Assembly (NCBI GenBank): GCA_002104905.1
Contig: MCFE01000174.1
Coordinates: 1 to 64,000 of the forward strand
Length of the DNA stretch: 64,000 nucleotides
Source of the DNA: Basidiobolus meristosporus CBS 931.73
Lineage: Eukaryota > Fungi > Basidiobolomycota
Direction: 5' to 3'
Part shown: positions 48,012-59,700 of the stretch, piece after piece
Position numbering within the stretch: position 1 is the stretch's first letter
How the letters are laid out: each line of letters begins with the position of its first letter
Position numbers and translations under genes: made by a program
Notes under the pieces: generated by a model
The model's input: only the letters and a program-made list of their open reading frames with translations
The model's database searches: none
Told to the model about the DNA's origin: nothing

Positions 48012-51000
48012 GCCCTCCGGTCAGGACAATTGAAGTGCGGAAGAAGAAGCGTCGACATGATGCTTCTAGAGAGGAGGCAAAGGAACCTGTAGTAGAGGTT
48101 CCGTCAAAAGGAAAGAGCGCGGAATTAGGTGAAGAAGTACAGAATGAACCCTGGGAAGAAGTGTTAAAGCAAACGAAGAACGCTAGCACATCTTCCCATG
48201 GCCTATTCCCCATAATGAAGGTACTAGAGCAAACCAAGGCAACCCTCCCAATAACCAATTTACTGGGACTGGCCCCGGCTCTAGTCAAGGAACTGATAGA
48301 GGGATTGAAGGAGATAACAACCCTCCATGTCAACCAGACGGTCCTACAAAAACCGAATAAAGGTACATACGTAAACGTACGTATAGAGAATAAGGAGATT
48401 CTCGCCCTTATCAACACAGGATCCTCTACGTTGATCATGTCAGAGTCATTAGCGAAACGTCTAAAACTAAATATAGTCCCCAACAACACCATTCGAGTAC
48501 GGCTAGCGAATGACCAACTGGATACAACGGTAGGTGTGGTGCCTAATTGCCCCATTTGGCTAGGCAACTTGATAATACACCAAGATGTTGTGGTCCTACC
48601 CGTCGCAGCCAACAACTTACTCATTGGCGAGAGTTGGTTTATCCAACATAAGATGGATATACTTTACAGTGCATCTGAACTCAGGTGGGATACCAAGAGT
48701 ATCCCACTGATTCATATCACCGATGAGAGCAAGGCGCGTAGCAACAGTGTGACAATCAAAGAGGTGAAACTGTTGCAGTCTCCGATCATCACACGAAAGG
48801 TGATAAAAATACCACCCGCCAGTGAGACGGTGATCTCATTAGAAACACCAATGGCTTATTCAACGAGCGGAAGAATGATAACCGCAGCGAAAGCATCCGA
48901 GCAACTGGAAGGAATCTCGATCCCTAAAGTATGGATACCACCGAAATTTGAAACGCAAAGCCTGAAATGCTTAGTGGTTAACAACAGGCAACACACGGTG
49001 ACATTGCCTAGAGGAGTGCCATTGTTAAACTTAGAGGAAGTCGACGGAAACGACCAAGGACCACCTCCAAACAAAGAACCAGAAGAAGAACTCCCCAAAC
49101 TAGATGTGGACCCCGGTCTACCGCCTACGTTACAAGACAAATTCCTAGAAGGAATATGTCCGCTTGCCCGAGTATTCTCTAAGAACCAAGTAATTGGTCA
49201 TATACCTGGGGTATATCACCAAATCCACCTTGCCGACAAATACCCCATCAAGCAAAAAGCCTATAGGAATTTGAAAATTGACACAGACTATATCAAAGAG
49301 ACGATTGAAACTTTATTAAAAGACGACATCATTACAGAGAGCCAGTCTCCGTGGGCCTCCCCCGTAGTGATAGTCCCGAAGAAAGACGGAAAGCGACGCT
49401 TTTGCATTGACTACCGGAAATTGAACGCCGTCACCTGGAAGGACGTGTATCCGCTACCGCGAATAGACGACCTCTTGGACAGATTAATTGGAGCTAAATA
49501 TTTTAGCTCTCTTGACTTAATCTCCGGGTATTGGCAAGTAGAAGTAGCCCCGGAAGATCAACCCAAAACCGCTTTTATAACATCGTTTGGATTATACAAA
49601 TGGAATGGACTACCCTTTGGCCTGTGCAATGCCCCCGCTACGTTCCAAAGGATGATTGACAAGGTGCTAGGATATCTATGATGGGAATGCGCCCTTGTGT
49701 ATCTGGACGACATCACAATATATTCCCCCAATGTAGAAGAACATATACACGATGTGCAACGTATCCTGACATCCCTCCTCAAGAACCAACTCAAACTACA
49801 TCCCAAGAAGTGCCATTTCCTGTATACAAAATTGTTGTTCCTGGGCCACGAGATCTTGGCAGATGGAATATACCCATCTACGTCACTCCTGAAAGCCGTT
49901 CAAAATGCACCTGCACCAAAGGACATTAATGCAGTGTTGGGATTCCTAGGATTAGCCGGCTACTATCGCCGCTTTGTCAAAAACTTTGCAACGATAGCAG
50001 CCCCCCTATACAAATTGACGCAAAAGGGCCAGTGTTTTGTATGGTCAGAGCCTCAAAAGAGAGCATTCGATCAGCTGAAACATTCCCTGACGTCACCGCC
50101 AGTGTTACGATTTCCCAATTGGGATGTGAGATTTTTTATTAACTGTGATGGAAGCCTCACCGGTATAGGCGCCGTACTGGGACAATACCACCAACCCGGC
50201 AAATTCCACCCGATTGGTTACGTGAGCCGTTTGCTAAACAAACACAAACGCCACTACCCCGTTACCGAGATAGAATGTCTGGCTGTTGTTTATTCAATTA
50301 AACAATTCCATACATACATACATGGTCGCCGATTCACGATAGTAACGGACCACAGCACACTGGTCTGGCTGATGAAAACTAAAGACTTTACCGGCCGACT
50401 AGCACATTGGGCCCTACGACTACAGCAATACGACTTTGAAATAATTCACCGCGCTGGCAAGAAACACCAGGACGCAGACTTCCTCAGTCGCTATCCCGTT
50501 TGCCAAATACGTGTCAGTGATGAGTACGAGGACGTAATCTGCTTTAAAAAGAAAGGGAGGTATCCCAAACACGTTGTTACAAACAAACAGAAGAGAGAAT
50601 TTCAAAGGAAATGGTGTCAGTACAAAGTACAAGAAAATCAACTATGGTTCCTCCAAGGACAGTCCAGAGCCGAGGTACCCCCACTAGCAGCCCGTGAAGA
50701 AATCATACAAGAAAGACATATGTCATTAGGACACGCTAACCCCCTAACAACATATAAGATGTTAAGAAAAACGTTTTATTGGCGAAAAATGATGACCGAC
50801 GTTACAAATACGTTACAAAGATGCACCACTTGCGAAAGATTCAACCGGAGTCAGAAGATAGGGACAACCGCACCAATACCGGTTGACCTGCCCTTCCACC
50901 AAGTAGGGATCGACTTTGTTGGCCCCTTTATGAAAACAAAGAAAGGAGAACGATACATAATAATTGCTACCATTTATTTCTCAAAGTGGGTAGAAGCCCA

Positions 51001-51754
51001 AGCCGTCCGCAATAAAGATCAGAAGACAACTGCCCGATTCATTCTAGAACACCTCATCTGCTGACACGGATATCCTCAGATACTCCTGTCCGACAATGGT
51101 GGTTCCTTCCTGAACGACACCGTGGCCCACCTGTGCAAAATGATGGGCGTGAAACAAGTCTTCACGGCCGCGTATCACCCCCAGACTAACGGATTAACCG
51201 AGAGAATGAACCAGATGTGTTGCCGCATACTGGAGAAGCTTCACTGGGAACTTCCCCAATCATGGGCCAAGCTGCTCCCACTGACACTCCTAGCAATGCG
51301 CACCACACCGAATAAAACGACGGGTTTCTCCCCATATGAAATCCTATATGGACAAAGACCCAAGTGGCGGGAGGAAGCTGGATTGACGATGGAAGTTGTC
51401 CCCCTGACGACATATAACGACTATATAGAAAAGTTGATACACCGTATTGCCCACCTATACATAAAAGTATTCAAAAATGTCGACAAGCACCTTCCCCCTC
51501 CACCCAAAAATGAGAGACTAACAAGACAAAAGTGGAAACCAGGCGATAAGGTGTGGTACAACCAAACCGTTGCAGGCCTCAAGTTCCGCCCACGATTTAC
51601 ACCCCGATGGATTGGCCCATGCACCGTTATCAGTTCGGACCACGGACCAAAGTACACTATCACCCTGAATAATAAGACAATCAGCAACGTAGCGCCAGCC
51701 CATCTGAAACCGTTTCATGATGATCCACCAATCATCACTGAGACCAAAGTGTGA
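47978..51754 (+). pseudogene. pol: Pol (protease-RT-RNase H-integrase) in the -1 frame relative to gag; two in-frame TGA stops (49679, 51062)
   Basis: ALINTGSS (protease D>N), SPWASPVVIVPKKDGKRRFCIDYRKLN, YLDDITI, FFINCDGS...ECLAVV, HH-CC zinc motif, GIDFVGP, LSDNG, YHPQTNGLTER, RWIGPCTV. The three ORF-track pieces share one frame. Confidence 0.95.
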
Positions 51755-51883
51755 TTAAACGATTATCAGGACAAGGATAGAGGAAGACACGGGATACATT
51801 CGAAGTTTATTAGAGGAGATTTTAGTCGATATAGGTACAAATAATATGCGTGAGGGAGTTTGCCCAAAGGGGAGAACAAAAGA

Positions 51884-53053
51884 ATGCATATGGAAAGCGC
51901 CAAAGGAAACAGTTCACCCAAAACTGGCAATACCCCTCCCACTAGCGAGAACCAAGATGATATCGAAAACAAAACCGACCTGCAAGTGTTAAGAGATATG
52001 GTACGAGCGTTACGTATGACGAGAGCCACCTATGAAGAGTCGTTTGCCGGAGCAGTCATGCTAATACAAGACACAATCAGAGAGGGACAAGACAAGTTAC
52101 CCACGCCAATACAAAGCATGGAGATACTACCCAAGAAGACCGTGTACCACCTAAGAGGAGGTTCCTTGATCATTAAGGAGAAGGACGCCGCGCTGATTCC
52201 CGTATCCATACTGGACACAGTCAGACAGAAGACACAAGGAATCAACTGTTGCGCCCTCACAAGACCTCAAGAGCCCCCCTGTTTTGTTGCATACTTGCCA
52301 TTAATAGGTACCACGGTTGTTGAGGTATACGCAGACCTGGTACAAGCTGCAAGAGCACCAGAAGTAGAACTCCCGATTGAAGGACTCCTCCGAGAAATTC
52401 GCGAACATCTCGAACCACATTTCCAAGAAGGAACCATCTTAGAGAAGATACGCAAACGGATTAAATACACCGGCCAGTTAACCCATGCAATCCACCGAGT
52501 TGCTGTGTTACAACTATTACAGTGGTTTACCATAGGACAACTCAGGAATCAGTACAAAGTCCAACTCGAAGAAGCCGAAGAAACCGCCGCGGATTCTGTA
52601 GAAACCATGAGGCAAGTACGAAAGCGCCTCGATTGCGCCACAGTTTCTACGGAAGCACTACAATACGTCTCGGAAGAAGCAAAAACTTGTTATTGACAAC
52701 GGGTGACTGCCGACCGAGTGTACGCCCTCTTCAAAAGGTCCCCCGCTGTCATATTGAACACGAAAAGGACAAGCCCCGATAACATTTGCAAGATAAAGAA
52801 GCAAGACTTTATCGCGCTATTGCACCTTTTCTCGTTCTCCAACCCTCCCGAGGAACTTACCCAGAACCCTATGGTTTGCCAACTATTTGGCTCTGTGGAA
52901 AACATCCCTTGAGCAACACAGGCCGCACCCCACTCTGCCGCCAAATGGTATCAGGTACTCGCCCGCAATCCCCTTGCAAGTGACAACCAGCAATGGTACT
53001 ACGGTGATTCCCCATGCTCCGTAAACAAAATCGATCCTGGAGAAGCGAGTTAG
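51884..53053 (+). pseudogene. Extra ORF3 of the gypsy (~390 aa if two internal TGA are read as CGA); function unknown
   Basis: ORFs 51860-52696 and 52703-52912 and the tail to TAG 53051-53053 are one frame, broken only by TGA at 52694 and 52910. It lies inside the element, 44 nt before the 3' LTR. Confidence 0.8.
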
Positions 53054-53097
53054 TCAAAGAACTTTGAGGACAAAGCTCCCACTTAACCCCCGGGATA

Positions 53098-53484
53098 TGT
53101 GAGTACTCAATGTAGTACCCACTCTTCGCCCAAGAGTTCTCCCAAGAGTTCCCTCCAGAGTCCTACCCAAAGTCCTCCAGTACCCTCCCTATGATTCCCC
53201 CACGCGTCCTCCCCTCCTATCCCTGCCCTTATCTAGTTAGAACACTTACCATAACAGGAAGGTGTTCACACCCCTATTTTATAACACATTGTCTATTGTC
53301 TAAGCCCCCCCAAGTGATATATATATCTACCCAATTGAACCAGGAAGAACAACAAGATTTGGACAAAATAAACAGAAGTCTTTATTACCTTGCTACCTTC
53401 TATCGGAAGCTATTCTGAACCAAGTGGTACTGACTTGACCTACAAGCTCTCCCACTCACCAAGTACAGTCAGTAATAACCCACA
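53098..53484 (+). repeat. 3' LTR of the young gypsy
   Basis: Direct repeat of 46711-47097, followed by TSD CACAG. Confidence 0.96.
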
Positions 53485-53940
53485 CACAGTACTTGGTAAA
53501 GATCACCTCTAGTATGTGAACAGGAAATCCAGTAGTAGTGATGGGATTGATGAGAAAAGACAATTCAGATGAGTAAGTCATATCAAAATTGGTGGAGGAT
53601 CAGGCTAAGGTGATTTGAATTGATTTGGCATGGTCAGCTTCTTTTATCTGATTTTCCATGCATTAAAATTAAATCTCCATCAATTGCCATGTATCCCATT
53701 GTTATGGTGCAAAAATCATCCTCAAACAATGACTGGGTATTTTTATTAATGTTTTACTCACAAGTCTATAATCAAATAGGAAATCTGCAATTGATGTGAT
53801 CTGATCTGTGTCAATGTGATCCACAATGCATCATGCTTGATATATGGAAAAATCAACAATCACATTAATTTTCATATATACTTTATATGAGACCAGGCTG
53901 ATGACAATACACCACTGTATATGTACCTAAATCTGTCACT

Positions 53941-55179
53941 ATGGTCCCTTTACCAAGTCTCAACTCTTCTTTAGTTCAACCCAGACAAAACCCATCCCCT
54001 AGCTCACAAGTGCGGTCCAGACTGGAAAAAGCAATGTTGGATCTGTTTGAATTCTTGCCAAATGATTTCAGTATGGCCCAAGTGTTTTTAATGAGCCTTC
54101 ATACAGATATTTGGGCACTACTCATTAATCTAGCAGAACTAGATACCTTGAAGAGTCAACAGATATGGAAGAACCTGAGTAGAAAGCTGTGGCATGAGTT
54201 CTACATCAAGATTCTGGCCAATGTATGTAAGATGATATATAACAAGACAACTATTGAAATCAAGAATGAGCTGAGAGTGAGGAGATTTGATGAGGAAGCC
54301 GCATGGGAATGATTTTGCACGCAATTTGCCAGGTACAGGCTGGATGCATCCATTTGTGCCTCAACTTTGGGAACCAAAGAGATTTTGAATGAGTTTTTGC
54401 CTCAAATGATGCATGCATTATGTGACATATTGGTAAAGATAAGTGGCTTCCCAGAGCAATATACACAGGACTCATCCAGGCAACACTTCCAAAGTATTAG
54501 ACAGAGGGTAAATGAATACCTTGAGGAATCAGAATGTGAGCTTCAAGAGGAAGAACACAGACCGCAAGCAACATTGTCTAGATTGTGCCAACATGCCTTG
54601 CTGGATTCCTTACCATCCCTTGTAACTTCAGCACACCGGCGCATTTCAGTCCAACCTACACCAACACCCTTCAGAAGAGCTCCCTGCATTGACTCAACAC
54701 ATATTGCAACAACACACGTGCTTCAGAGCAAAACCACCAGAACCCGCCAAACTGCTCAAAAAGACACAAGTCCATTGGAGCAGGCCAAGTTGCGTCAACA
54801 AGCAGCATCACACTGAACTTAGCCAAGGGCCATGCCAGCACACCAGGTTGTGTTGGCGCATGCCATTACACCTGACCATCAGCAAGTTTCTTCTGGTGAA
54901 TTGACTGATTATGACCCACATAAAGTGCCTCCACCACCATAGCCTTTTGCAAGTAAAAGAATGCATTGGCACATAGTACTGCAGGCTGGCTCAGTTGCAT
55001 CATCAAGAGCAATTCAGCATGGCCCAGCTGCAGCATTGCACTCATCAACTAGGAAGCAAAATACTGACTACAAATACACCAGTAGCCAAGAGGATAGTCA
55101 GCAGGAAAGTAGTTTAGGTGTGCAAAGTGAATTACTACCATATGCTTCAGTAGTCATCCCTGTGGGAAAATGCCTATGA
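53941..55179 (+). pseudogene. Accessory ORF2 of the Harbinger-like element (~410 codons, 4 internal stops)
   Basis: ORF-track pieces 53941-54312, 54367-54816 and 54961-55179 share one frame. It lies between the element's TIRs, divergent from the transposase. Confidence 0.7.
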
Positions 55180-56139
55180 GAAGATGATGCAATTGCATTG
55201 AATTGCTATTTTTTGTAATGATCCAAACAATGCATTTTTTTGGCAATCCACATCAAGCCATTGCAAATCAGGATCACTAGATTCTTGATATACGCAATAT
55301 CAAGGTGGTCTCACATTTGAGACTGGACCCCTATAAATAAACACCCTGCATATGTATACATCATCTGTGGCACCAGTGCAGCAATTTGATCTGATTTGCA
55401 CCCATACAATAGGTTGTGTGCTAGCTATAACACCTTGTCTAATCACTAGGATCAGGGATTTACTTGCTTAATGGGCAATATGGGATATTTGATGGCAAAT
55501 CAGGTAGCTTGTGTATTGGTCAAAGAGCCAACTGAGACACCATCCAATTGGAGTGATGGTAACCAAAATGGTAAGTAGCAGGGTAGTTTATAGTGTGATA
55601 CGCATTTATTTCCATTTACATTGAAGAAACATATTCAAATACCAGGTTTTACCTACCATAATAGTGGTATCCAATTGTCGCATTATGCAAACATTACAAG
55701 AGGGTGCAATCATTTGTGCTAACCTCATTGTGTCAGATTGTGCCATAGTGTGCAAGATTGTCCCACATGGTGCAAAATTGTTGAATAGCAATCCTGCCTA
55801 CTGGTAGCTACAATATCAAACCCAATTGTTCTTGAAGACTGCGGATTGCACCATGCACCCTGGCATAGTATGATGGAACAAGTCTAGTGTCTAGGCTGCA
55901 ACAAAGGAGTTCAAGTAGCCAAATACCACAGCCAAGTATTGAGTCATTTCCCAATGCAACAGCAGAGGAACACCATACAGTCTTAGAAGCTCAACAATAG
56001 TGCTCAGAAAATAAAGCCCACCAAAATACCTATCACAGCATGGGTGGGAGTGACTGTGGTTTTTATACCCAAGTGTAAAACCAAAAGATGTAAAAGGTCC
56101 ATGAAGACATTAGTGCAATGATGAAGTGTGGGCTATTAT

Positions 56140-56310
56140 ATAAGAGGCTGTTATGTCACCATCCCTGCCATTGTCATTACATATATGGTATCTCTATGTT
56201 ACCTAGGTCTCAGAGTACTGATCCCTGAATGATTGTATGTGCTGTGCCCCTTAGAACCTTGGCTCATCTGATATCACTAAGATTTCTAATGATTTCTGGA
56301 CCTTCCAGAA
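56140..56310. repeat. Fragment related to the 800-bp solo LTR family
   Basis: CCATCCCTGCCATT...ATATATGGTAT...GTGCTGTGCCCCTTAGAACCTT matches ~39060-39170. Confidence 0.6.
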
Positions 56311-56747
56311 CACCATGATTTGTAATACTGAGCCAGTAAAAAAGTATACAAGGGAGACAATCTGTTGTGTTGTATTATGAATAGCTGGAGGCATGTCCTG
56401 CAATGTAGAGGCTGACCAGCAATAAACAACAACTTCCAGTATGCAAATACTGAAGTAATATATAGAGGGTATGATATGCCAACAGAAGAATTAACTTTCA
56501 CTAATATCCTCAATTGTAGGTTCAAAATATACTGTAGGTAGTGTTTCTCACTTCTACAGCAGTATTCTGACCTTCCATCAGCTATTTGGCTTATTAACTT
56601 TTATAGTAAACTTTCCTTATTTGGAAGTCACTTTCCTATCTGAGTAGGTATCTCCTAATATGTAAGTTCCGCAGTCCGCTTTAATCCAAGGAGGGGTGGT
56701 GTTGATGTCTCTAGAGGGGTCTTCAGAGTCAAGGGGTGTCTTAAAAG

Positions 56748-59700
56748 TGTAATGATCTGCTGCCAGAATGATTAAGTTAGATCAGTTTCTAGTCAAATCA
56801 ATTAGTTATATGTTTAGCTTATGTGTATATCAGTATTATCAATCAAATCAGTAGCATTAGTCAGCAAATGAATCAGCAGATCCTTATCAGACAGAAATAG
56901 ATATATTAAGTAGGATCTTTTTGGTTGATGATGATACAATCAAATGAGTCATCAGCCACAGGCTGCATTAGAAAATACAATTAGTCCGCAATTGATCTTG
57001 CAAAATGTATATAAGGAGCTGATGGAACATCAATAAAGATCAGTTCAAGTTTTAGTAAATACAATACTAACTAAACTCGCTATTCCTCTACAACTCTTAT
57101 TCCAAAACTTGTAACATTGGTAGCAGCAATAACTAGAAACATCCCTCCTGAAGAAAGAAAAAGCCCCCCTCAAGATATGCAAAAATCAAGAATGGAAGAA
57201 TGCTATGCAACAAATCCTGGCCCAGCAGCAACAAGGAATGACTACCATGGCCCAAAGCCAGCAAAACCCTGTCAAGAGCAACTCTAGTGTGAAGGTCAAC
57301 CGGTACCATGGTAGAGTCAATGAAAACCTGGGAACTTGGCTCTTCCAGATAGAAGAAGCTTTCAAAGCTAAGACAATTGCTCCAGAAAGCAAGTTATATT
57401 TTGCAGCCTCTTACCTGGCAGATGCAGCTTTACAGTGGTACCAGATCAAGATCAGATCAGCCACCCTGATGGGATGCTCTACAATCTCTACCTGATAAGA
57501 GTTTGTGTTGGAAGTTCAGGATGCCTTTGAGCCCCCATACCAACAGACACTATCAAAAAGAAAGTTGAAGACACTCAGACAGAAAGGAATGGCCCAAGAG
57601 TACATCTATGAATATAGATGTCTACTTGGGCAAATTGAAGGAATGGACTCTCTGGATCAAGTTGAATACTTTATTGATGGGTTGAAAGAAAGAACTTGTA
57701 AGGAGGTGAATTATCAAAGACCTCAGACTATTGAAGAAGCCATCAAGATTTCCATTGACTATGACTCAGCTATGTTTGGAGTTGGGAAGCTCACAATGAC
57801 TAATTAGCGGTGCTACAATCACTATGAAAGAAGACAATCAGAAGCAGTGCCAATGGAAATAGATGCTATGCAGAAGAATCCTAACTCAGAAGAATGCAAG
57901 AAGAGAGGACTTTGCTTCAGTTGCCACCAGCAGGGACATGTTGCAAAGTACTGCCTTCAGAGAAGAAATGGACACCAGCCATTAAGAATCTTTAACCATA
58001 TTGAGGCCCTGGAGCATAGTAACATGGAGGATGAGCTTAAAGAGGACTCAAAACTCACCTTCCAGATGACAGAAGAATACCTATCTCAGATGACCTCAAA
58101 CTCAGGAAAGCTATTATACTTGAATGAAGTAATCAATGGAGTACCTGCCAAGATCATGGTTGACTCAGGAGCATTGCATGAGTACATATCAGCGCAATTT
58201 GCTTTGAAAGCTGGAATCAACTTGGAACCCACCAAATCAAATTCAGTCTCAACAGCTGATGGGTACTCTCACATAACCAACCATATAACTAAGCCAGTAA
58301 GAATGAAGATCAATGACTATGAAGAAGATCTACAGGCCTATATATTTGGGAACTGCAAGTTTGAACTTGTACTTGGGAAAACCTGGCTATTTTGTTGTAA
58401 TCCATCAATCAACTGGAGTACTCATGCTACTCAGATCCAGAAGGACAACAAGACTTATGAGCTATTACCTGGCAGACTGGATTTTTACTTGGTCAATTCC
58501 AGTGTGTGTGAAACAAGTGAACTCAGCAAGACATGGTTCTTTAGAGCACTAAGAAAAGGCACTTAGATGTTCCTCATGGCAGTATTACAGGAGGATTCCT
58601 CTACTCCAGAAACCTGGTAAGGTCCAGACTCTTTTGAAGGAAAATTCAGACATACTACCATATGAGCTTGTAAGCCTACCCACAGTCAGAGATGTAGATC
58701 ATGCCATTAAAACAGGATATAGCCCTCCAGTGATGAAGACACCCTACAGAATGAGTCCATTGGAGTTGGAAGAGATGAAGAGATACATGTATCAGTTACT
58801 GGAGCAAGGATATATCAGACCCAGCAAGTCATCTTGGGGAGCACCAGTACTTTTTGTGAAGAAGAAGGATGGAACACTTAGGATGTGCATTGACTACAGA
58901 GCCCTCAACTCAGTTACTGTGAAGAATAAGTACCCCATACCTTGGATTGGTGAGCTTTTGGACCAGCTCAATGGAACCACTATTTTCAGCAGGATTGACC
59001 CAATGTCAGGATACAACCAGATTAGGGTAAAGCAAGAAAACATCCCTAAGAGAGCATTCAGGACCAGATATGGACATTACAAGTACTTAGTCATGAGTTT
59101 TGGCCTCATCAATGCCCCTGCAGCATTCATGACCCTGATTCAGACTGTCTTCCAAGAGTACTTAGACAAGGTTGTGATAATCTACCTAGATGATATATTG
59201 ATATACAGCAAGACAGATGAGGACCACTTGGTGCACATTGAAAAGGTCTTGAAGAGGCTAAGAGAGAACAAACTATATAGGAAGCTACCAAAGTGGGAAT
59301 TCTTCAAGGAACACATTGATTATCTGGGACACATAGTAACTAGCACAGGAGTAACCTCAGACCCTGAGAAGGTTGAAGTTATCAAGAATCTGAAGCAACA
59401 CCGTAGCATATGAGCTCAGATTGTTCCTTGGAATAGTTTCCTATTATTGGAGATTTGTCAAGTCCTTTGCAAGTGTTGCAGCCCCCTTGACTGATATCCT
59501 CAAGAAAGACAATACCTACAAGTAGGACATAGCTTGTGAGACTGCCTTCCAGATGTTCAAGAATGAACTTGCAAAGCTACCAAGCTTAAGAATACCTGAC
59601 CTCAGAAAAGAGTTCACTCTGTGCACAGATGCTTCAGATTATGCAATTGGTGGAGTGTTGAGCCAAGAACACAAGGGAAAGAACTACCCTGTTGCCTTTG

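Larger units (their letters stand above)
46711..53484 (+). mobile_element. Young full-length Ty3/gypsy LTR retrotransposon with an extra ORF3
   Basis: LTRs 46711-47097 and 53098-53484 (387 bp, TG...CA, 5 mismatches counted by eye); TSD CACAG; PBS; gag; pol order PR-RT-RH-IN. Confidence 0.97.
45747..55885 (-). mobile_element. Full-length PIF/Harbinger-like element (~3.36 kb net) carrying a 6.8-kb gypsy insertion
   Basis: TIRs AGACCTGTTTTGC / GATGGAACAAGTCT; TSD AGT on both sides. Transposase on the minus strand (53581-53490 joined to 46710-45951) and a divergent ORF2 on the plus strand. Confidence 0.88.
42678..56140. mobile_element. CACTA-like element copy 3, fragmented host of nested insertions (left end 42678; transposase C-terminus ~43130-43800; promoter and ORF2 44990-45746 and 55889-56140)
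   Basis: CCCTATGAAGAATAGTTTGG end. 43322-43800 matches 28145-28780, 45000-45260 matches 30290-30460, and the ORF2 halves flank the Harbinger insertion. Confidence 0.7.

Noticed and set aside
51860-53053. Calling gypsy ORF3 an env gene
   Set aside because: Position fits, but I see no signal peptide, furin-type site in context, or transmembrane anchor.
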